A stretch of DNA of 32,000 nucleotides, taken from positions 603,787 through 635,786 of the forward strand of contig NC_013966.1 of assembly GCF_000025685.1 (NCBI RefSeq), in the 5' to 3' direction. Below, piece by piece: positions 26,085 to 32,000 of this stretch (positions are counted from its first letter, which is position 1; each line of letters begins with the position of its first letter). The translations under genes and the position numbers were made by a program. The notes under the pieces were generated by a model. That model saw only the letters and a list, made by a program, of their open reading frames with translations. It had not been told where the DNA came from and made no database searches. Origin of the DNA: Haloferax volcanii DS2 (GTDB lineage: Archaea; Halobacteriota; Halobacteria; Halobacteriales; Haloferacaceae).

Positions 26085-26394
26085 AAATCGGGAGCGCAGC
26101 AGTTCGAGCGAGTGCGTCGCGCGAGCGGGAGAGTCGGATTCGCGTGTGTAGCGCGTCAGGTCGGCGGTTCAGCACCGACCTCCCCTGCGGATGGTACGCA
26201 GGTGGGATGGAACAGCTTAAATCCCGAATTCGACGGTTAGGAGCGCCCTAACCCCTCGAATAGACCGGTAAGTCGCTGCGAAATTAAATATATCCGGAAC
26301 ATACGGAAGGCCAACAGGAGCCGGAACATGTGGCCGCTCGCGGTCCCGTGCAGGTGGGCACGAGGTGGGTCAGAGGCCGGTCCTGGGTAGAACA

Positions 26395-26826
26395 ATGGAT
26401 ATCAAGAAATTCCTTAGCGAATCACGCGCAGTCTCGCCGGTCATCGGCGTCATCCTCATGGTCGCGATTACCGTCATCCTCGCGGCCGTCATCGGAACCT
26501 TCGTCCTCGGTCTCGGTGACCAGGTCGGTGACACCGCCCCGCAGGCGAGTTTCAGCTTCGACTACGACGGTGCACAGGAAATCACGATCACGCACGAGAG
26601 TGGTGATTCCATCGCCAGCGACGAGCTGAGCGTCGTCATCCCGTCGGGCCTAACCGCGGATACTGTGTCGAAGAAGACCGGCTCCGACGACAGCATGAAC
26701 GCCGGTGACACCATCGTCGTTGAACTTGCAGCCGGCGACGAACTTGAGGACGGCGACCAAGTGCGCCTCGTCTGGACCTCCGAATCCGGTTCCAACTCCG
26801 CGACCCTGCAAACGTACACGCACTAA
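26395..26826 (+). CDS. pilA: Archaeal type IV pilin (class III signal peptide, DUF1628-type)
   Basis: 143 aa from [41 protein letters not shown], with a prepilin-peptidase site (R-A|V-S) and an H-domain like that of Haloferax PilA pilins. Conserved C-terminus [14 protein letters not shown]. Confidence 0.85.
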   Translation: MDIKKFLSESRAVSPVIGVILMVAITVILAAVIGTFVLGLGDQVGDTAPQASFSFDYDGAQEITITHESGDSIASDELSVVIPSGLTADTVSKKTGSDDSMNAGDTIVVELAAGDELEDGDQVRLVWTSESGSNSATLQTYTH

Positions 26827-27064
26827 ACGGTCCGCGGCGACACAGTCAACCGAACCTCGATTTTTTCGAACGTTACACCGTGAGCGACAGCACCAGCCGA
26901 TTCTGGTACGAATCACGCATGAGACGTGAAACGCCTTCTCAATACTAGTTTATATCATCGGAGAACGTCAGACAATCTGTTAGGTTAGAACGCAGGCGTT
27001 CGAGGACCGATTCGTATTTTTCTCAACGGTCGCCTCTCGTCCGGCACACCTAGGAGAAACAACT

Positions 27065-27505
27065 ATGCAAATCAAGACAATGTTCACGGAGTCCCGCGCA
27101 GTCTCGCCGGTCATCGGCGTCATCCTCATGGTCGCGATTACCGTCATCCTCGCGGCCGTCATCGGCACCTTCGTTCTCGGTCTCGGCGACCAGGTCGGTG
27201 ACACCGCTCCCCAAGCGAGTTTCACGTTCGACTACGACGGAACGGAACTGACCATCACGCACGAAAGCGGCGCGCAGATTGACGGCGATTTAGTCACTAT
27301 CGCTGGCGATGTCAACGTCACCGATTCGAGTGACGCAAACAAGTGGTCGACCCTCGGCTCAGACACCATCAGCGCGGGTGAGTCCGTCGTCGTCCAAGAC
27401 ACTGACGAGGACGGCTTTGCCAACGGCGACACAGTCCGCGTCGTCTGGACCTCCGAATCCGGCTCCAACTCCGCGACGCTCCAGCGGTGGACCTACAACG
27501 CCTGA
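27065..27505 (+). CDS. pilA: Archaeal type IV pilin paralogue (class III signal peptide, DUF1628-type)
   Basis: 146 aa. [41 protein letters not shown]. It has the same H-domain as the upstream pilin, with 71 nt identical at DNA level, and the same C-terminal [14 protein letters not shown] block. Confidence 0.85.
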   Translation: MQIKTMFTESRAVSPVIGVILMVAITVILAAVIGTFVLGLGDQVGDTAPQASFTFDYDGTELTITHESGAQIDGDLVTIAGDVNVTDSSDANKWSTLGSDTISAGESVVVQDTDEDGFANGDTVRVVWTSESGSNSATLQRWTYNA

Positions 27506-27669
27506 TACCGGAATCAGCACCGCATCCCATCCCACCCCACCCTCCACCACTCGGAGTGACGATTTCTTTCGGACCCGTCCCACAGAGGCACCCGTATCTC
27601 GCTCCATCAATATTGTATTTTTAGCACAAACTTATTCGTCGTCAGTACGTACATCCGGACAGAGAGTTC

Positions 27670-29019
27670 ATGTCCAGCGACCCACCCGCCGTCGTCGCCT
27701 CCCTCCGCGAGCACCGCGAGGACGTCGTCGACCTCGCGGCGACGCTCGTCGGCCACGACACGCAGAACCCGCCGGGAGACACGCGGGACCTCGCGTCGTG
27801 GGTCGAATCGTTCTTTTCCGGCCTCGGTATCGACGCCGAGCTCGTCGCCTCGGACCCCGAGAAACCGAATCTCGTGGCGACGCTCCCGGGCGCGACAGAC
27901 CGGACGCTCGTCCTGCTGGGGCACCTCGATACGGTCCCGTTCGATGCTGGCGAGTGGACGCGCGACCCGCTCGGCGAGCGGGCGGGAAACCGGCTCTACG
28001 GGCGCGGCGCGACCGACATGAAGGGAGCGGTCGCCGCGATGCTCGCGGTGGCGAACGCGTACGTCGAAACCGACACGACGCCGGCGACGACCCTCGTGTT
28101 CGCGTTCGTCAGCGACGAGGAAGTCGCCGGGAGCGCGGGGCTGCCGACGCTGCTCGACCGGCGCGGGCTCGCCGCGGACGCCTGCGTCATCGGCGAGACG
28201 ACCTGCGAGAGCGACCGCCACTCGGTGACCGTCGCGGACCGGGGAAGCATCTGGTTGGAACTCGAAGCGACGGGGACCGCCGCCCACGGCTCCCGACCGA
28301 TGCTCGGTGAGAACGCGATTCACCGGCTCTACCGCGCGGTGAGCGACATCGAATCGACGCTCGATGACTACCGATTCGAGTTCGACCCCGCGGTGCGGGC
28401 GCTCGTCGACGAGTCCGTCGAGTACTACGCGCCGCGATTCGGCGCGGACGCGGCGCGAGAGCTGTTCGAGCGGCCGTCGGTCAATCTGGGCGTCCTCTCG
28501 GGCGGCGACCGGGTGAACGTCGTCCCCGACGCGGCGCGGGCGAAGCTCGATATTCGCGTGACGGCGGGCGTCGAGACGGCGGCGGTGCTCGACCGCGTTC
28601 GGAAGGTCGTCGCCGGTCACGACGGCGTCGAGACTTCGGACGCGGACTGGTCGGTCGGGACGTTCGAAGACCCCGACAGCGCGCTGGCGGACGCCGTGGT
28701 CTCGGTCGCTGAAGGCGTCACCGGCGGGCGTGTGTACCGCCGGAGCGCGACCGGCGGCGGCGACGCGAAGCGAATGCGAAACGCCGGCGTCCCGACCGTC
28801 GAGTTCGGGCTGGGGACCGAGACGGCGCACGCGGTCGACGAGTTCACCACCGTCGAGGCGCTCGTCGGCAACGCCGAGGTGTACGCCCGCCTCCCCGACG
28901 AGTTGTTGCGGCAATTCGATAGTGGTACCAGAACGTTTGATTCGACGGGCGTATCACCAGCAGACACGACTTCTTCGCGGCGCGACCGACGAGAGAACAC
29001 CTCCGATGACACCCGATAA
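27670..29019 (+). CDS. M20 family metallopeptidase (ArgE/DapE/acetylornithine deacetylase-like)
   Basis: 449 aa. GHLDTVP, GRGATDMKG and SDEEVAGSAG are the M20 metal-ligand and catalytic motifs. The C-terminal ~40 aa is low-complexity. Confidence 0.85.
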   Translation: MSSDPPAVVASLREHREDVVDLAATLVGHDTQNPPGDTRDLASWVESFFSGLGIDAELVASDPEKPNLVATLPGATDRTLVLLGHLDTVPFDAGEWTRDPLGERAGNRLYGRGATDMKGAVAAMLAVANAYVETDTTPATTLVFAFVSDEEVAGSAGLPTLLDRRGLAADACVIGETTCESDRHSVTVADRGSIWLELEATGTAAHGSRPMLGENAIHRLYRAVSDIESTLDDYRFEFDPAVRALVDESVEYYAPRFGADAARELFERPSVNLGVLSGGDRVNVVPDAARAKLDIRVTAGVETAAVLDRVRKVVAGHDGVETSDADWSVGTFEDPDSALADAVVSVAEGVTGGRVYRRSATGGGDAKRMRNAGVPTVEFGLGTETAHAVDEFTTVEALVGNAEVYARLPDELLRQFDSGTRTFDSTGVSPADTTSSRRDRRENTSDDTR

Positions 29020-29025
29020 CGCACT

Positions 29026-30141
29026 ATGACACCCGACGAACTCCGAACGACGATTCCGGCCCTCGACGACGTCACGTATCTCAACACCGGCGCGCACGGC
29101 CCGAGTCCGCGCCCCATCGTGGAGCGTGCGACCGAGTTCCTCGAATACCACGAGTACGAGTCGCCGGGCGACGACGGACCGTATCCGACCGCGTTCGACG
29201 CCTACGAGGCCGTCCGCGAGGACGTGGCCGCGTTCATCGGTGCCGAAACGGAGGAGGTGGCACTAACCCAGAGCACCACCGACGGCATCAACCGCATCGC
29301 CACCGCGCTCGACTGGGAGCCGGGCGACGTGGTCGTCCGAACCGACCTCGAACACCCGGCCGGCATCCTCCCGTGGCGGCGACTCGAACGCGAGGGGGTC
29401 GAAGTCCGCGTCGTCGAGAGCGAGGCAGGGCGGCTCGATATGGACCAGTACGCCGAGGCCGTCAGCGACGCCGACCTCGTCTGTTTCAGCTCCCTAACGT
29501 GGAACTACGGGACGCGGCTCCCCGTGCGCGAACTCACCGATATCGCCCGCGACGCCGGCGCGCTGTCGGTGGTCGACGCGGTCCAGTCGTTCGGCCAGTA
29601 CCCCGTCGCCGTGGACGACTGGGGGGCAGACATCGTCGCCGGCGCGGGCCACAAGTGGCTGCTCGGGCCGTGGGGCGCGGGTTTCCTCTACGTCCGTCGC
29701 GAAGTCGCGGAGGGCATCGAACCCCACGCCGTCGGCTACCGCGGCGTCACGGAGCCGAACGCCGACGGGCTCGACTTCGCGCCCGGAGCGAAACGCTTCG
29801 AGGTCGGAACCACCAACCCCGCACCGCACGTCGCGCTCCGAGAGGCTATCGACATCGCCGAGCGCGTCGGCCTCGACCGAACCGAGGAACACGTGCGCGA
29901 CCTCGCAGGCCGGTTCATCGAAACCGTCCCGGAGGGACGGCTGTTGAGTCCGCACGACCCGGAGTCGGGGCTCGTCTCCTTCGAGGTCCCTGACCCGGAG
30001 GGGACGGTCGAACGGCTCAAATCGGCGGGGGTTGTCGTCCGGACGCTTCCCGAACCGACGGCGGTCCGCGCGTCGTTCCACAACTTCAACGACGAGTCGG
30101 ACGTGGCGGCGCTTCGCGACGGACTCGACGGGGAGTGGTGA
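29026..30141 (+). CDS. Class V aminotransferase-fold PLP enzyme (cysteine desulfurase / selenocysteine lyase-like)
   Basis: 371 aa. YLNTGAHGP near the N-terminus, D..Q (VDAVQSFG) and a PLP-lysine context GAGHKWLLGPWGAGFLYVR. Confidence 0.8.
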   Translation: MTPDELRTTIPALDDVTYLNTGAHGPSPRPIVERATEFLEYHEYESPGDDGPYPTAFDAYEAVREDVAAFIGAETEEVALTQSTTDGINRIATALDWEPGDVVVRTDLEHPAGILPWRRLEREGVEVRVVESEAGRLDMDQYAEAVSDADLVCFSSLTWNYGTRLPVRELTDIARDAGALSVVDAVQSFGQYPVAVDDWGADIVAGAGHKWLLGPWGAGFLYVRREVAEGIEPHAVGYRGVTEPNADGLDFAPGAKRFEVGTTNPAPHVALREAIDIAERVGLDRTEEHVRDLAGRFIETVPEGRLLSPHDPESGLVSFEVPDPEGTVERLKSAGVVVRTLPEPTAVRASFHNFNDESDVAALRDGLDGEW

Positions 30142-30203
30142 GTGCAGCGCAGTATCTGCCACGGCGGTAAACGTTCATATCCGCCGACGCAGAAGCCCTG
30201 GGC

Positions 30204-30680
30204 ATGCATCCCACGGCACGCAAGTTTGCCGACCAAGTACGCGATTCTCACGGCTTCGAAGCGACCATCGAGGAGTTCCCCGAGGGAACCAAGACGGCCG
30301 ACGACGCGGCTGCGGCCGTCGGCTGCGACGTCGCCCAAATCGTCAAGAGCATCGTGATGCGCGTGGGCGACGAGACGGTCGTCGTCCTCACGAGCGGTGC
30401 GAACCGCGTCGACGAAGCCTCGCTCGGCTCCGAGTTCGATGCCGAACAGGGCTCGGTTCGAAGCGCCAACCCCTCCGAAGTGAAAGCGGCGACCGGTTGG
30501 AGCATCGGCGGCGTACCGCCGACCTGCCACGCGACCGACTGTCCCGTCCTCGCGGACCCGACGTTCGAGTCGTTCGACCGGATTTGGGCCGCTGCGGGAA
30601 CTCCCGAAGCCGTGTTCCAACTCACGCCGGACGACCTGCGGGCGCTTTCCGCGCCGCGGTTCGTCGACGTGTTCGAGTGA
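30204..30680 (+). CDS. YbaK/EbsC-type aminoacyl-tRNA editing (deacylase) domain protein
   Basis: 158 aa. TADDAAAAVGCDVAQIVKSIVM...VVVLTSGANRVD...GWSIGGVPP matches the YbaK/ProRS-associated domain pattern. Confidence 0.75.
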   Translation: MHPTARKFADQVRDSHGFEATIEEFPEGTKTADDAAAAVGCDVAQIVKSIVMRVGDETVVVLTSGANRVDEASLGSEFDAEQGSVRSANPSEVKAATGWSIGGVPPTCHATDCPVLADPTFESFDRIWAAAGTPEAVFQLTPDDLRALSAPRFVDVFE

Positions 30681-30740
30681 GGCGAACGCAGAATCGAGGC
30701 GGACACCCGATACGGTCCGCCGCGGACCGCGACGAGAACA

Positions 30741-30762
30741 ACACCACTATGTCCGCTGTTCT
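30741..30762 (+). repeat. Dispersed motif copy A (ACACCACTATGTCCGCTGTTCT)
   Basis: Read directly. Intergenic, between ybaK and the 3' end of aIF-1A. Confidence 0.7.
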
Positions 30763-30866
30763 GGTCGGTCGGCGCGAAGTGAGTATCGCTGGAGAGAAAC
30801 TCCGAGGCTATCGTAGAGCCGCCGCTGGTCGTCAGGCGAGATAAACTCTCCTTTCGGAGAAAATGA

Positions 30867-31151
30867 TTACTGAATGTGGCCTTCGCGCCGAAGCTGGTCC
30901 GCGTCCTCGCCGGTGTAGCGCCATTCGATGTTGGCTTTCTCGTCCTGCCAGTCCCACGGTTCGACCAGCACGACGTCGCCCTCGTTGATCCACGTGCGGT
31001 ACTTCATGCGGCCGGGGATGCGGCCCATGCGGTTCTTTCCGTCTTCACAGCGGATTCGGACGTGGTTGCCACCGTTGTGCTCTGTGACGACTGCGAACAG
31101 CTCGTTGTCGTTGGGCATTCGAAGGTTTCGACGCCCTTGATTTTCACTCAC
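30867..31151 (-). CDS. eif1a: Translation initiation factor aIF-1A
   Basis: (V)[78 protein letters not shown] is the S1-like aIF-1A fold. The conserved GRRNLRMP upstream of the first ATG (31118) argues for the GTG start at 31151. A TATA-like GATAAcTTATC lies at about -23 to -33. Confidence 0.9.
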   Translation of the reverse strand: MSENQGRRNLRMPNDNELFAVVTEHNGGNHVRIRCEDGKNRMGRIPGRMKYRTWINEGDVVLVEPWDWQDEKANIEWRYTGEDADQLRREGHIQ

Positions 31152-31240
31152 ATTCTTGCTCGGGGACGGAGACGGATAACTTATCGGATACTCGTGATAG
31201 CAAATGTCACGGCGTTGAAACGGAGTGATTGCAGTTTCGA

Positions 31241-31262
31241 ACACCACGTTGTCCGCTGTTTT
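31241..31262 (+). repeat. Dispersed motif copy B (ACACCACGTTGTCCGCTGTTTT)
   Basis: Read directly. It lies 90 nt upstream of the aIF-1A start, in the same orientation as copy A, so A and B bracket aIF-1A as direct repeats 500 nt apart. Confidence 0.7.
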
Positions 31263-31431
31263 CCGACAGATTGGCCGCCAAGAGAGGGAGATACGTCGTG
31301 ACAACGACCCACAAACACTGTTCGAGGTTTCGTTGGTGATTCCGTTGGAGACCTCGTTCGCGGTCGGCCATCGCCGGTTCGTCGTTGGGTGGTCACTGAG
31401 TCGACACTGAGTCGTCGCTGAGAGCAGGCGG

Positions 31432-31471
31432 TGACGAGGTCGTTCACGATTTGACGAGGTCATCCACGATT
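31432..31471 (+). repeat. Tandem direct repeat, 2 x 20 nt (TGACGAGGTCGTTCACGATT / TGACGAGGTCATCCACGATT)
   Basis: 18/20 identical units, head to tail. An 11-nt-period duplication CACTGAGTCG-a-CACTGAGTCG lies just upstream at 31394-31414. Confidence 0.8.
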
Positions 31472-31479
31472 CCCCTACA

Positions 31480-31501
31480 ACACCACTATGTCCGCAGTTG
31501 T
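31480..31501 (+). repeat. Dispersed motif copy C (ACACCACTATGTCCGCAGTTGT)
   Basis: Read directly. It is preceded by a 2 x 20-nt tandem repeat and followed about 20 nt later by an AAAAG-ACG-CTTTT hairpin/T-run. Confidence 0.7.
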
Positions 31502-31704
31502 TCGTCGTGTCAGCTCCTAAAAAGACGCTTTTACCGACTCACGGAACTTCGTAGAGTCACAGAGAACCACGGAGAACGGATTCCGTCGGTAACCGAAGGC
31601 GAGCGACGAAGTCGGTCGACTCGACCGGACGAGACAAACCACGCGATTGTGTGACGACCCGCGTCGACGAGCGGTCGAGACGTGTTCGGTGAGTGTTGAC
31701 ACAG

Positions 31705-31726
31705 ACACCACGTTGTCCGCTGTTCT
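31705..31726 (+). repeat. Dispersed motif copy D (ACACCACGTTGTCCGCTGTTCT)
   Basis: Read directly. It lies 72 nt upstream of copy E and extends as ...CTCG in both. Confidence 0.7.
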
Positions 31727-31776
31727 CGACGAATGTGGGTGTGAAGACGAGTCGGCTGGTGAGACGAGGAACACTC

Positions 31777-31798
31777 ACACCACTTTGTCCGCTGTTCT
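31777..31798 (+). repeat. Dispersed motif copy E (ACACCACTTTGTCCGCTGTTCT)
   Basis: Read directly. This is the last copy, about 60 nt before the AT-rich block. It is followed by a hairpin plus T-run at 31818-31843. Confidence 0.7.
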
Positions 31799-31817
31799 CG
31801 GTGCGAAGCGGTACCCC

Positions 31818-31843
31818 CCGTCGGCGTGAGACGGCTCTTTTCC
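31818..31843 (+). terminator. Hairpin plus T-run (CCGTC-ggcgtga-GACGG-CTCTTTTCC)
   Basis: A 5-bp GC-rich stem followed by an oligo-T-containing tract, the kind of signal used for archaeal termination. It lies downstream of motif copies D and E. Confidence 0.3.
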
Positions 31844-31854
31844 ACGGATTTCCA

Positions 31855-32000
31855 ATCGGGAAGGTTAGTTTAGATGTATAGATAAGCGAATAAAACAAGC
31901 CGTCCTCAAACAGCTACTATATAACTATTATAGTTGCCCGTATTACGGACTTAGTTTAAATTATAGTATTATAAACCTTTCTCTATATCAAGACAAACAA
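31855..32000. other. Abrupt AT-rich block at the window edge (compositionally foreign or regulatory DNA)
   Basis: The sequence switches from GC-rich to roughly 70% A+T (TAGATGTATAGATAAGCGAATAAAAC...TATATAACTATTATAGTT...TTTAAATTATAGTATTATAAAC). No ORF is present, and the block continues beyond the window. Confidence 0.6.

Noticed and set aside
26030-26251. 73-aa ORF in the pilin-upstream intergenic region
   Set aside because: It is strongly basic and Arg-rich with poor GC3 bias, and its sequence coincides with stacked hairpins. It is more likely non-coding.
30741-31798. Possible CRISPR array formed by the repeated ACACCAC...GTT motif
   Set aside because: Repeat spacing is highly irregular (72 to 500 nt). 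The repeats are short (about 20-22 nt) and imperfect, one interval contains a complete essential-type gene, and no cas genes or leader are present.
31705-32000. Replication origin (ORB-like repeats next to an AT-rich DUE)
   Set aside because: The motif shares only a CCAC core with the haloarchaeal ORB consensus as I remember it and lacks a consistent G-string. All copies have the same orientation. No orc1/cdc6 gene is visible. It cannot be excluded, because the AT-rich block runs off the window, but it is not supported.

Overview
High-GC (about two-thirds G+C by eye) haloarchaeal chromosomal DNA. The proteins are acidic, there are many Tat/lipobox signals, and 4-nt ATGA/GTGA gene overlaps are common. 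The pilin H-domain resembles the Haloferax PilA family. I support about 33 protein-coding genes or gene relics. I recognise no rRNA, tRNA, CRISPR array, IS element or transposase. The long Arg/Pro/Gly-rich ORFs in the six-frame track, antisense or out of frame to the genes below, are GC-composition artefacts.

Gene content has a metal-homeostasis theme:
- NosL-like lipoprotein.
- znuABC-type importer whose permease is frameshifted.
- HiPIP-like Tat lipoprotein.
- Zn/Cd-type P1B ATPase with a palindromic promoter element.
- Triad of a P19/Tpd-like double-domain lipoprotein, a membrane-anchored C2H2 zinc finger and an unassigned polytopic membrane protein.

Housekeeping and accessory genes are interspersed: phosphohexomutase, MFS and EamA transporters, TetR, Csp, CoADR/Nox-like flavoprotein, PAS histidine kinase, VOC protein, two tandem type IV pilins, M20 peptidase, class V aminotransferase, YbaK and aIF-1A.

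The most unusual sequence-level signals:
1. A 20-22 nt direct-repeat motif (ACACCACNNTGTCCGCWGTT) occurs six times. Five copies sit in the last 1.3 kb, bracketing aIF-1A and filling a repeat-dense, ORF-poor, lower-GC stretch. That stretch ends in an abrupt AT-rich block at the window edge.
2. MCP and CheW gene relics are translationally coupled to an MFS gene.
3. The znuB-like permease carries a frameshift.
4. The uncharacterised putative metal-uptake triad lies next to the P1B ATPase.
5. A stand-alone PD-(D/E)xK-like protein is paired with a small acidic partner.

All functional calls rest on motif recognition by eye. Start codons are inferred, and no database search was possible.
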